A DNA stretch of 64,000 bases from Amphiscolops sp. MND2022 (Eukaryota), in NCBI GenBank assembly GCA_964187785.1, contig OZ076409.1, positions 44,270,001-44,334,000 of the forward strand, read 5' to 3'. The notes under the pieces were generated by a model, which was not told where the DNA came from, did no database searches, and saw nothing but the letters and a program-made list of their open reading frames with translations. This document shows positions 23,940 through 36,886 of this stretch, one piece after another. Numbering within the stretch: the stretch's first letter is position 1; each line of letters opens with the position of its first letter. Made by a program: the position numbers and the translations under genes.

Positions 23940-25294
23940 CTGCATCAGAAGAAGATTTTCGTAGAATAACTGATAAACAAGTCGGGTACGCCCCAAGTAG
24001 ACGCCCACACCAGGTTCAAAAATGCGCAATTAATTATTTTTTTAATCTAAAGAAATGTTTTTTAGAATTGCAGAATCTCAGTGTGCTAAAAAAATTCGCG
24101 GACAATTGGGGCTAGTAAAGGTTTTCCCATAACTGAAAATGACAAAAAAGGAAGACCCTTTAATACAATTTTAAAGTTGATAAAAAGTGGCAGTTGTGAA
24201 AGGGTAAAACGGATTTGAAACTAGCTCCAATATAAATTACTAATGAAACTCTTGATATGAAACTTCAAACAAAATTGATGGACTTTTTCCTCATTTTCTT
24301 TTTTTCCCAAAAGTCGAGAATTTTTCTCAGATTCTACATTACGATACATGTCCCGCAAAAGTGGAAAGTGATCACTTGGTGTAAATAGTATTTTGGGTAA
24401 AATAGTCAATTACTGTAAATTTGTCAAAGACTGTAGTAATCCATTAGTGTAGTGGTGCAGCAAAGTGTAATATGAACGCGGTGAATTCCAGTCAAAATGC
24501 GTAGTTAGTAAATGGTGTAAAACAGTCAAAATTTACAAGCTAATTTAGTAAGGTGTAAGTTAGTCAAAGTTTGATTGAATTTCACTTTTGAGGAGTATTC
24601 ATTTACAAAACTACCGAAAGGGTCAATTAGTAAGTGGAAAAAAGTCGGAGCGCCGACAAAAAATACATGGAAAACGGTCTAAACTGGCTTCAGAGATCCA
24701 GATGAAACATCAGAACGTGAAACCTCACTTTGTAAAAGCCCTTTTGTTCCTCAAATTTTGACTAATTTTGGACAAAGAGTAAGAAAAAAATGAAGGCTAT
24801 AATTATAGCAAAATATATCAAATCTCTGGCCAAGATCTTGCATATTTCTACACATTCCCGTTCACTCTTGAAAGCCTTGATAAGATTTAGTTTACTCTTG
24901 TTTCACGCAAAATTTTTCAGCTTTTATATAGGAATCTTGGTAAGTTCCAACTTTGTTTGTTTTCATTCACTTTTGTTAGCTTTTCTCTTGAAATATATGT
25001 CGAATAATTTTTTCTCACATTTTCTTGGTGCTGTTGATAAGAATCTTGACAAGATTTTCATCAAGGGTTTCACGAAAAATCATGAATTTCTAGAATTTTC
25101 GCACTGGGTTTGCATAAAAGCCAGAAATGAATCTAATTTTAATTTTGCTTCGGTTTACTTTCTGAAAAATTGCGAAACTTTCGAAGTTCAGGGGAGAAAG
25201 GCAGGCATGAATCGCGTCAAAAATGTCAATTCATACTATTTCCATTGAAAAATTTTGGTGTTTTGAAGGAAAAAGTTGTGAACAAATAAATTAC

Positions 25295-25474
25295 CTGAAG
25301 GAGTTCGGTGAAAACGAGGATGAGAATACACTGCATGATGTAAGAGCCAGTGAATGGGATGAGGAATGGCATGAATCCAGAGTGTGCCAGAGTCACAGGC
25401 AGACCCAGGATGCCAGTTCCCAGAATAGTGGCTATGGTGATGAAGTAAAACTGGATGTACAGCAGAGCGGCCAT
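25295..25474 (-). CDS. Amino-acid permease, coding exon 1
   Basis: ATG at 25474; TIATILGTGILGLPV is the typical TM1 signature; CAG|GTAAT donor. A GTGAGT donor at 25845 suggests an upstream UTR exon. Joined protein is about 518-525 aa. Confidence 0.9.
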
Positions 25475-27419
25475 CTTCACAACAAGCAGCAGGGCGAGTT
25501 AGTTATAAGGGGGATTACTATTTAAAGTAGTTATAACTGTTTAAGGTTGTTAAAATTTTCTTGGGATAAGTTGAGGCTACTTGTAAATTTGATAATTATT
25601 GTTATCAATGTTTTCTTGATTTTCATACTCATAAGCTCATAAACTCAATTATTTTTTCTAAAGTGAATGAGAAATACAACAAAACGTGATAATTACGGAA
25701 AAGTAGCAACCCAAAGAAAACAGTCAAGCTTCTAATAATTTTTTTAGAATGGTTTCTAATGAGATCTCAAGCAAGACACAGAATGTTTTTTAAATTCATG
25801 AAATTGTTTAAAAAACTAGAAATTCTTGGGGGATAGCATACTCACCCTGCTTGGACCGATTAAGGGTCTCTCTGGCTCAGCGTCAAAAAAGACGCAGCGG
25901 GAGGAAAGGCAACAATATTGTGTACTGCTGCGGAGAAGCAAGTATACTGAGCACTGAAAAAAGGGGATTGAACAAATTCTGGGGAAAGGAAGGGACAAGA
26001 ATGCAATGAAAAGGGAAAAAAGCAATACGCAAAGCAGGAAAAAAGAGGAAAAGGAGCGTGTGTGTTGCGCTTGTGCGTGTGTGTTTGTAATTTGGGAATC
26101 CGCTTTGCTTCGCTCGTTTCCTTTTTTCTTCTTTTAATGGAGGAAATGTGTATATACCTGTATACGCTGTAGTACGCAATGGCGACCATCAACGTCACAT
26201 TACTGCATATGTTTATATTCCTTCGTCACATCTATTGATAAGTCCCGATCAGCTCGAGCAACTTCCTTGCTCCCCGGGCATATATACACACAGCGTGAAT
26301 AAATTTAACACAAAAAGCGTTGTTTTCTGTTGGTGGCAGCCAGTTTATGGAGACCGGCATGAAAATGGGAAAAAGGCGAGCATTACGACGATGGGATAAC
26401 GTGGTATTTTTTCTTACCATGGTAAGCCCTCGCTCATACAGGAAGAGCTTGGTGATTGAAAAAATTGAGAAGCAAACCAATCTCTTGCACAGTCAGCACA
26501 TATGGCGTATTCCCATTACATCTCAAGTTGCATTATGCCATGTCTTAATGCTAATTTCCCTTGCAGCTACCCTTAGCTACTATATATCAACTGGTCATTT
26601 TTATATGCAAGCAACGTAACAAACGCTTACAAACCCGAAAAAGTACAAGTATTACACGGCGAGCAGGAATGACGTCTACGGATAAGGAGAAACGTCTAAC
26701 TGCAAGAGGAAAATAACTTCTAGAGCCAAGTGTTGCTTTTTCAGTGAGACATTCATTTTTGGACGTTATTCCCGAAACACTTTTAGACATTATTCTTTAG
26801 ACGTTATTCGCGCCGCTAGTATTATACATACCTTCCGGTATATGTCTGTTTTCAGAATAAGTATTCAGTAAATGTTCTTTTTAACAATGGTTGACAATTC
26901 AAGAAAGAGTTGAAAGAATTAACTGAAATGAGGTAAAAGCATTAACCTTTTAAGCTAATCGCTTTTTGGATTAGCATTCATTTTCAGAAAAAAATTTCGT
27001 ATTGCGTCAATTTTCAATATAATTTTTTTCATATTCTATGCACAGCGGGGCTGCTTTTCCACTCATAAATGGTGCTGCTTTTTGCCGATTCATTCAGAAC
27101 CAATTTACTCAACGACTTATCCTAGTATCCTCAATAACTCTGCTTGAAAAGCAAAAGGAAAAAATATCATTAGGGAGTTATAAATGAGCAGGAAACTAGC
27201 TTGAAAACGATAATGTTGAGAGCAAACGAGATAGTTGAGGTTGAGTTTGGAAAACAAATGCGGCATGCCCTCATTAAAAAATGGTGCCCTCATATATCAT
27301 GAGGTCAAACTACTTTCGCAATAACACGCACGTTCATCAACTACTAGGCCTTTCAAAATGAAAGAAACAAAAATTTGCTCTGAAACATTGTTTTATGTCA
27401 AAACATGTGCCCGAGAATT

Positions 27420-29075
27420 TCATTTGAATTAGTTCCGATTTTTCTCCAAAATATAGATGAAAGATTTTGTAGCCTTTCCACAGATTTTATAAGTTCGATA
27501 AGCTGTTGCTTACTAACTTGTAACTTCTACCAATCGGTTTAAGGGAACCCAGTGGTCATGGGTTCGAGACCCTGCTTCAGCCAGAAACTTTGCAAAACTG
27601 GACGAGACTAAGGGGTCCATTTGGTTTTTTCGGCTTTGTGAGACTTTTTTCTCCCCTTCAATTTTTTTGATATTTTGTAACAAATTGGATTCTCAAAAAG
27701 CCCAAAGGGTCAACCCTTTTACATTTTTCGGCATTATTTTCTTCGTCACATTTTTTCGCCAAATTATGTTTTCTCAGCACGCTATTTCGGCTTGACTTAC
27801 CGGAGACACTCACAAAATTTTTTTCGAATTTTGAAAGTCTCCAGTTGGGGAAAAATGGTTTTCGAGTCTTATGCGTATCTCCTGAGTTATTTTTTGTCAA
27901 TGTGAAATTGATGAAATTTTAACAAATGTGTCCTTTGGCATATTTAAAAAAACTTCACTTTTTTGAACCTTGAACAGAGCACCAAAGTTTCGGCTTGCTA
28001 TTATTTCGTCATAATCCGCTCTGAGTGGATCTGTGAAATAATAAAGTTCTAATGGCCAAATATTTCAAATGCATCATTTTTCTCACTCCAACTTTTCACC
28101 GGTCATTTCGCTCCCCGTTGGATTTTTCCCGCTTCGTTTTCCAAAAACGTGGTAGCCGTGTCAGAGTCAACAGTTCGTCATTTATCCACCAAAATGAACA
28201 CAAAAAATTTTTTGGAAGCATTCTCATGGTTTTTGACTTCTACAATACTTTTAAATATTTTCAGTCTTGTCCGTTTTTGGAGAAAAAGCACGACTCCTGC
28301 AGTTTTTTCTCCAGTAGCTTTACTCGAATTGTTGACGTCGTATCCGAACTAATTTTCGTTTCACTAAAGAGGAGGTGAGGAAAACATTGCGCTATATCCG
28401 TATTTTTGACGTTTTATCCGAACTACATTGCATTTTTACTAAGGACGAGGCGGATGTTCAAAAAAAGGGCTCCCGTTTGTGCCAGCACGCAGTATCCGAA
28501 CTTTTGACATTATCCAAAGTATTTTGCGTTTTAATAAGGAGGAAGCGGAGGAGGTTCTACTAATGGAAAAACTTACCGTTTTCTGGCGCTCTGCGACGCT
28601 TTTTCCGCAAAAAATTAATTTAGTCAAATGGTACCCCCCTTCACTCTTTCAAACGTTTTCAGCTCAGAAAAAACGTTTTAGGAAATTAGAGGGTCTCCTT
28701 TTGGATTCTTTGGCTTTATGAAAGTATTTTGATGATGATTCGTATTAGGTGTGACTTATCTGAAAACAAAGAGTCAACCAAAGGGTCAACTCAACCCTAT
28801 TGAGTTTCATAAATAGTTTCGACCTAAAAAAACGTTTAGCGTGCTTAATGTTCCCTTTTCGGTACTATTGGACTTTTATCCGGGAAAATTTTTTTGAACA
28901 AACCGCTTTGATGTTTCCCGTTGGGAAAATGTGTTTTTGAGTCTTTTGGGTATCCCTTTGGGTATTTTTACACTCAGTAAAAATTTTCGCATTACTGTGC
29001 CTTCGCATATTCAAAACACTTTGCTTTTTCAATATGCGAGTGGGACGCTGACTTTGACCGTTCCCGTCTTGTTTG
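27420..29075 (+). mobile_element. Two heavily decayed HINE-family-related fragments
   Basis: End motifs TTCGGCTTG (~27990) and GACGCTGACTTTGACCGTTCCCGTCTTGTT (29043-29073); internal sequence resembles the reverse complement of 45.5-46.0 kb. Confidence 0.45.
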
Positions 29076-29389
29076 TTTTACTGGTGCTACTTTCGATCAA
29101 AACTATCAAAAATTGCCTCCATTCAAATCAATCCAGTGCTAATTCACGTTCAAAGGAGAAAAATACCCAATGGAAAATGACATGAGAAAACGAATGAGAA
29201 CACAACTCTAAGATAAATCACACGTATTTTCGGCAGTTTTGCAATCGAATGTAACTTGAAAAATGAAAAAGCACAATTTCGTAAAATTGGTACAGTTCAA
29301 TGCCTCTACATGCCAAAGATTTTTTGACTAATTATTAGGCGGAAGTAAAGTGAAACAATTCTGAAGAGGAACTTTCCCTGGCTGCCCCT

Positions 29390-30501
29390 TGTGATGGAAT
29401 ATTTACACGATTGACCACAGCAGAACTATACTTTAGGAATGAATAAACGGTTATGCTTGAAACTTTCATAACTTTTATTCAAAACATGTACACTTTGTTA
29501 ATATGATTGTGTTTTACCCCGACCGGCCATTCAAAATTTGTGTACCCAAACATTTTGATATGTAAACGTTTCATACTGTGATAATACCTAAAAAGGAATT
29601 AGTGCTAATAGCTTTGACGTCAGATTAACCAGTGTTCGCTGCTTAACTCTGACGCACAAATCTCGCTGTTTCACGGAAAGGGCCAACTGATCACCGGGCC
29701 GGTTACGGCCCTTACAAGTTTATAGGCATGATCTCGGCGTTCGTGTAAACGAACGTGGACGCCGTGACGTAATGCTCTATTTATAGAATGTGAAGTGTTA
29801 CTTTTTTCAGAAAATCGGCCACTCAGAGGACACAATTTGTGATACAACTCGATGCTGTACAAGTTACGTTCGTTAAACTTCATAGTGGAAACCAAACTAC
29901 AGGAACAGTTTAAGTATTTCTTCCTGTACTTTCACTTGTGCCTTCCACTGGAAAACAGAAAGCTAAGGCTAGAAATTCTAGAGAAATGGATATTTTATCC
30001 GATTACGGCAACTTGGACAAAATGCTAGGAGATGGAAACACGAATTCCATAGAAAGAGAACTTGATAATGTTATAAATTGTCTAGATAGGCATCAGGACT
30101 TCGAGTCATTACGTAAGAGAGGGAGCTCATCTCAGGAAAAGGAGATCAGAAACTTTGATAATAGGAATCGCCCTGTTAGGCAAGATGGACTCGCAGGGTC
30201 GATTGAGATATTATCAAGTGAAATGAAAGCTAGATTGTCCCAAGAAATGGATTCATTAATGAACCTAATTGCAGGACGCATATCAATAGGGCCATTAGTT
30301 CAGATATAAATGATATAGTGCTGCCTAAAATGTAAAACGTAATGGGTAATCTGCCTTTTGACCAAAACGGCAGTGGGACGTGTGCGTCCCCAAATGAGCG
30401 AGGTTTCGGTAATGTTTGGAAAGATCCGAGTACAATGTTCACAAATAAGGGCTCAAGGTCCGCATGTGATTTTAGCGAAAATACGGACTTTACCCCTCAC
30501 A
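29390..30501 (+). mobile_element. Isolated Gypsy LTR containing the 5' part of the gag-like ORF
   Basis: Termini TGTGA...TCACA. The internal ORF (PSTGKQKAKARNSREMDI...RLSQEMD) is homologous to 57292-57720 and similarity ends at the CA. No perfect adjacent TSD. Confidence 0.75.
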
Positions 30502-32851
30502 GGAACTATTTTCATATTCGTTCAAAAATGATCTTTGATGTTACATTTACCAAATTTTTCTGAGATTTTGAAACATTTGACACAAAATACTTCATTGTGA
30601 TTTTGAAACAAAATACCATTTGAATCTGTCAGTTGAAGTTAGTTCAATTTTGAGAAGGCCAAAGGAACGCAATTGAAAATTACAAAACAAATAAGAACAA
30701 TTTTTTTAATCAATCAAGATAGATCACATGCAAATTTTACCATTTTTGACCTTTATAAATGAGAATAATATTGCGTAAAACTTGTTCATATGACTGAACC
30801 AAAAATTTTAGATCAGGGTTTAAATGAAAAGAATTGTGAAATGATCGTAAATATAACTGTTTTAGTTCCTCAAAAGTACCCTTTTGTAGTACTTTCAATA
30901 AACTGTTTCTAAAAAAACATTATCTCAAAAGTTGGTCCGTATTTGTCCAAATGTTAGTTAGTACCTTTCAATTAGGACCACTGCACAAACCCTTGAGTGG
31001 AAAATGCTCTAGAGCAATGTCAAAGTTTGACATTTTGGACCACCTTTTCCCGAAATTAAACGCAAAACGCGAAAAATGGCTCAAATGGTTCTAAGTATAA
31101 TTTTGCTTAGGAAAACTTTGGTTGGAAGTAAGAAAATATTCAAGGAAAACGATTTTCGAACAGTGGATTTTTGTCGGTAGTTAAAGGTTGAAGCAAAATA
31201 ATGTAAGAAAAACTGGATGAAATCAAATACTCCTTCGGAAACAAAAGCTCTTAATTGCAGTTTGTGAATTCGAAGTTTTCCATAGGTCCAAGGTTTTTGT
31301 AATTCTATGTTTCAATAAAATCATTGATGAAACGTAAATGATTTCAAGTTTGAATTCAGACGTACGTGAAAACTACGGAAAAAAATCCAGTGCGGGTGAC
31401 GCTTTTTTGAACAAATCATCAAACAGAGAGTCATTTAGTCCATCTCACATTTTTTGTCAATATGTGACTTTTTTAGTCTTCTTCTGTTCCACCAAAGGGT
31501 CCTTGTGTTTTTTGATAATCTCAGTTATGGAAAAAGAATTCAGCTTAATATGTCGCTTATCGGGTATTTTCGGCGGTGTGAGAAACGGATCCAATTGTGA
31601 ACCATAATATTTTATAAAGAAGTGTAATGTCTAATGTCTAATGCTATCAAAATGCAAGTTTGTGAAACCGAAGCTTATTCAATTTCTAAATTTTTCCGGT
31701 AATGTTAGTTCGGAAACTTTCTGTCGTCAAATTTTTCAAACATGTTGTTCATATCGCTCATGAGTTTTGCGTTTGCATTGCTCGTCAATCATCCAGGAAG
31801 GAAAATAAATATTGTTAAATGAAAGCAACTTTGGTTTATCCGAAAGTCAACAAAATTGCAGATTCTTTTCACTCAAGATGTTTCTAAACAGCTCCAATTT
31901 GAATTAAGGAGAAGATGCTTGACGTAAAACTTCAATCCATCAACAAATAACCCGATTTCAAAAACTTGCAAAACTCCCAGCCCAAAGGGCGGGTTCGAGC
32001 AGTCTATGCTTGTAACTAGCAAATCGATTTCCAAAAAGGGAGATGTTGGAACAACATGTTTTCAACTGTTGGTTTAACGTCTAAAAATGTTTGTCATAAA
32101 TAACAGTTTGAAATGCAATATCGGACTTGTCAATCATAATTACGTCATTTCGATCAAAACTGTTAGGTCCTTTCACTAGGTGAACCAAAAAAGGGAACGC
32201 GTAAAACTTTACCTCTGTTACATTTTTAAACAATACATGTACATTGAAATTCATTTTTTGTCAAACATTTAGAATGAAGATCTTGTCACGTAATCCCATT
32301 CTCAACTAAGGATGGTTCGAACTATCGAAAATAGTATATACGTCTTTACCAGTCATTTTATTCTCACTTTTAATATTTAAAAGTTCTTTCAGTTTCAAGA
32401 AAAGATGCTAATTTTAAAATTGACAACTGCGATCAAAGTTGCTTTAAAACGTTTGTTGACAAATATTTGACACTTTGAGAGCACGAAAGTTTTTATGTCT
32501 TCCGTTTCTTTGGTTCAGTTAGTAGTTGAGTAATACTACTAGGTGACTCGCAAAAAATGCTCCACCTAAATAAAAATTTCGCAAACTCGACAACATAGAC
32601 GTTTGTCAACAAGATGTCAAAAGTTTTATTGTGTCGTTTGTCAATAATTCAGAGCAAGATCGGTTTGGTGGACAACTTCGATTTGACACTTACTTCGATC
32701 TTAAATTAAGAAATCATTGTCCAAAACCCACTTTTTCGATCACAGACTTTTTGATTAACAGCTCAGTTCCGCCGTTGCGATGTTTTGTTTACTCATATTT
32801 AATCCTTTTTGAGCTAAAAAACATTACGTGCACTGTTTTATTGTGTCACCT

Positions 32852-33778
32852 CCCGTACTGAGATCCCATCGCAGTTCATCGATGGCCATCGCAGTCCCAT
32901 GGGGCCCATCGATGGCCATCAATGGTCCATCGATGGGCATCGATGAGGTTTTTCTAACGTTGATCCCATCGATGGGTCATCGATGGACCATCGATGACCC
33001 ATCGATGGAAATCGAAATTTTCCATCACAAAAATTCGTTCGACTTGGCCATGTTCAAAATTTTAACAAAACTCTGGCAATTTAGGTTTTTCATTCAGTCT
33101 ATTTAAACTTTGTTTGGGATTTCGAGGGTGCCCAAATATTTTATTCAGAAATGAAGTTATACATAGTTATCCATATTATTTACCTTTGTGAAAAACCGGA
33201 TTCTGTTGATTTTCCAAGGAAAAACCCCAAATTTTTTGATACAAAAACGTATTTTCAGAGTCAATTTTCTGCATATTTCAGATGTTTTCTTCTTACAAGC
33301 AGATGATTTTCTCAAAAATGGAAGCTCGATTTCGTCGCATTTTCATATGCATAATTGCAGTTTTGCAATCTTTTCCTGCTTTCCCAGAGAAAAACTTCCA
33401 AATTTTTTGATACAAAAACGTATTTTCAGTCAAATTTCTGCATATTTCAGATATGTTTTCTTCTTACAAGCAGATGCTTTTCTCTGCAATGGAAGCTCGA
33501 TTCCGTCGCATTTTTATGCGAACAATTGCAATTTTGCCAAGTTTTTCAACTTTTTCAAACAATTCAAGGACAAGGCTCCGATATAAGTGATTTTCAGGCT
33601 CGAGAAAGCTTGCTCAGGCTCAAAAGAAAATGAGAGTAGGTTAAAATTAGATATATTTAACCCAAAAATGCTCCACAACTGCCCCCATGCGCTGGGCGAT
33701 AATTCAAATCTCATCGGAAAAAGTTGCGATGGCCATCGATGGGCCCATCGATGGGATTGAATGGAGTCTCAGTACGGG
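32852..33778. mobile_element. Non-autonomous TIR DNA element (EnSpm/CACTA-CMC-like)
   Basis: TIR CCCGTACTGAGA...TCTCAGTACGGG; CT on both flanks; subterminal CCATCGATGG palindrome arrays; internal ~170-bp tandem duplication. Confidence 0.85.
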
Positions 33779-34014
33779 CTAGTATTGAAGTTACACTTTT
33801 TCAAGCCATGTCTGTGTAGTTGGAGATCGATCTTGATTGATTGAGAGACAAAGTCAATAACGTTGACTATTTTGTTTAGAAATAATACACGTTCGAAATC
33901 TTAAATTTTGAAACATGTTTCGGTTACGTATTATACCCGCATATTATGTAATACAGCTCGTGCTGTTAACCTTCACTGATATCGTTTGATATGAGTTGTC
34001 GCGTAGTGTTTTGC

Positions 34015-34300
34015 GGGGAGCATGGCGTAGTGGTTTCGAGCATTCGGCCTGTATTGGGGCGGTATCAGGTTCGAATCTCTCAACTCACCATTGTTGGTCC
34101 TTAAGCAAGTCCTTCATCCCTAGCTTAGTGGTATGGTTATTGACAAAAAATAACGCACTTGGCGGAGAAAAGCAAAACAAAAAGAGCAACGGTGAGCAGT
34201 CAGACCTTTGTGACCTTGAGCAAGTCACTTTGAAACCACAGCTTCAAGTCGGCTGCAAATATGGTACCATATGGTATCCGAAAGGGCGCCGACTTTGAAA
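34015..34300 (+). mobile_element. tRNA-derived SINE with CORE-like segment
   Basis: A box TGGCGTAGTGG (34023), B box GGTTCGAATC (34068), TGTGACCTTGAGCAAGTCACTT (34209-34230); second copy at ~48245. Confidence 0.75.
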
Positions 34301-35174
34301 AGCAGAACTGCCTATTCGGCGTCCACCCGGCGGTAATGGGGAAATTAACTTCTCTCTTCTCTTCTCGCCTTATGCTGCTTTTGTCAAAAATGATGGACAA
34401 CTGAGGAAATTTAATTTCCCATTTTCATTGAAAGTATTAAGTTTGCTGGCAACAATTGAAGTGTTTTATTTTTCGGGCCTATAAGTTTCGGTCCAAATGG
34501 ACATCCGGACAACTGGAACGGTCATTGTGGGATGAAGGTTAGCTGACAACACAATGACCCACACACAGTCATTTCTGAAAATTGGCGAAATCCGAATGCA
34601 ACAAAACAATCACCGAATTTATTTGCAAAAAAAAACAGATTTTGGGATGGTTGAAAATTGAGGTTTCTGGAACTTTCCGGTCAATAAGACAGACTTCTCG
34701 TACATAAATTTGATAATTGACACTGGTAGGACTTTGTGCAGCAATTGACAGTCGATCCTTCAATTTCAGGATTAATCAAGAATCAATACGGCAACTTTGT
34801 GGGTGTTTTACCATGACTTTGAGCAAATCCGATATTGCAGATGAACCGATGCACAAAAAAGTGGACATTCCAGTTCGAGACTGAAAAAAATGAAACTATG
34901 ACTAGAAAAAAACTCGTCACTGTAATATTTGCTTTTCAAAACCAAAGGCACCGACGAAACACCAAAAATTTTGGAGAAGATTTTCAATAAACAGCTAAGT
35001 AGACTGTTGATCTCTTCAATTGAAGGCCGGAGCTGCTTGCAAGTATTTTCATTTCCGCGGAAAATAGTAAATTCAATGTTCATTCCCCTGCTAGTTCCAA
35101 ATCTCAAGTAAATTATTCATTATTTCAATTTCAGTTTCTGTTTTTGCTATCATTTTCTGATTCAGATGCCTATT

Positions 35175-35472
35175 TCAATTGGCTTGCGCTCTGTGGAAAT
35201 TGGTGACCAAAGCTTCTAGTTTTTTCATCTCATCGGGATCTTGTGAATCCGGGTTGAGAGGTTCGGCCAGTTCTTTGGCGGCATCTCTGCTTCCTTTCTT
35301 ATAGGCCCCGAAGTACCTCACCAAAGGAAAGTGTAAGCGTTGTTTGTCCCCCTCCAATCGCAAATCGTACAAACTATCGAAGTCCATCTCCTTCCAGTCT
35401 CTCTGGGTCATGACGTAATTCTCCTCCAATCTTTTGGCACTCCTTTCTAGTTTTTGCTCTTTTATGTTTTGC
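35175..35472 (-). CDS. Uncharacterised secreted protein, exon 4 (last)
   Basis: TTTTCAG|G acceptor completes AGG with the phase-2 donor at 35913; open to TGA. Confidence 0.8.
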
Positions 35473-35912
35473 CTGAAAATCAAAAGTGGTTCTATGGTGA
35501 CCAGTCAAAATTATATTTGCGGTGATAGGAAGTTTTTGAAACAACGTTCTGTAAGATACAAAATTTCTGAGATTCAGTCGGAATTCCCGTTCAATCCTGT
35601 GAAAACGTGAAACCTTCCTTTCGATATAAACAACCCATTTACAACGAGCATTGTTTGAATTCGATTTTTTGTAAGGAAAACTACAAAAGACCCCTGTATT
35701 TTTCACTCCTTTAAAATCAAAAAGGAATGGATTTAAGTCGAGTGATGGGTCCAAAATTTGAACATTCGTTATTACGTTCCAACGTTTGTTCCGTTACAAT
35801 GTATCCAAATGACGTAAGCATGTAGAAAAGATAAAATCCGAATGAAAACTCATTTGGCCAAATTTTCCAGTTGAGTGAATGAGATTTTTTTGTTATTCTG
35901 ACAGTTTCTCAC

Positions 35913-36290
35913 CTTATGAGTTTGAGGTCATCAAAATTGAGCTGGTCTTTGCTCTTGGGCTGTTTTGTTCTCTTGTCCTCTATCTGGATGCGCTTGAAGT
36001 TGACAGGTCGTTCACGTGGCAGTTGGTAGGGAATTTTCATATAGCTCGGTTCTTTGTCCTCTTCTTTGTCCTTCTCCGGCTCCTCCTTCCCGCCTTTGCC
36101 CTGTTTTTCAGTCGCTTTTGAGTCTTTTCCTTCGGTCTTTTTGTTTTGTGAACTTTGCTGTTCTTTAGCAGGCGTTTTTCCGTCTTTACCGTCTGCGTTT
36201 TTGTTTTGAGCAGTTTGCTGTTCCTTAGGCGCTTTTTCTTTCCCTTTGCTCTTATCTTTACTTTTTTCCTCCGCTTTCTCTTCGTTTTCT
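35913..36290 (-). CDS. Uncharacterised secreted protein, exon 3 (Lys/Glu-rich)
   Basis: TTCCAG|A acceptor and AG|GTGAGA donor; 378 nt open: ENEEKAEEKSKDK...PYQLPRERPVNFKRIQ...DDLKLI. Not shown in the ORF track. Confidence 0.8.
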
Positions 36291-36886
36291 CTGGAATTGA
36301 AACGAAATTTTCAGTTTTCTTAATATCGAAATCAACAATTTTCTAATCCGAAAAAATCAATTATCTCGGAAATTTACTTTCATGCCCAATTTTAATACAT
36401 ATAGAAAGAATCGACTCTCCGGTAAATTAATTTTTCACTGTCATTGTCAACATTAGAAAGTTGAAATTTCTATAAATTAGATATGTTCGAGTTTTTGAAA
36501 ATAAATAGAAAATTAACGAAAATTTAATTTCGAGCCATTAAAACATCGAAAGTAGTGATCTGAAAGGCAACTTTCCATCTCAGCACAAATGAGAATACTA
36601 TTTTTGAACTTTTTAAAGATTGCTCACAGAACCTTTGAACGAAAATTCTTCAAAACTAGATGAAACTCATTTTTTTACGAAGATAAAAATTTACAAAGGC
36701 TTGCCTGAGTTCTTTCTGTGCAAATTGCACTGAAAATTCACAAGAATACTTTTGATGACTCATTAGTTAATTGGACGACCGGTCGACCGCTTAACTGACC
36801 GACTGTGCAGTTATCCGACCCGTGCGAAGTAATCATCTGAGATGACTGGATATCAGTGAAAACTGTTTGAATTTTTAATGCACCTA

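Noticed and set aside
24352..25100. CCC-starting region with AGTCAA/GTAAAT and TCTTG short repeats, possibly further CMC-like elements
   Set aside because: No matching terminal repeat or TSD found.
27540..27580. tRNA-like GGTTCGAGACC motif
   Set aside because: Isolated B-box-like sequence inside a decayed repeat; no full tRNA structure.
34015..34090. Possible tRNA gene
   Set aside because: Has A/B boxes but no convincing cloverleaf, and continues into a repeated SINE body.
35879..36346. Plus-strand Phe/Leu-rich ORFs that look like membrane proteins
   Set aside because: They are the antisense shadow of the Lys/Glu-rich minus-strand exon.
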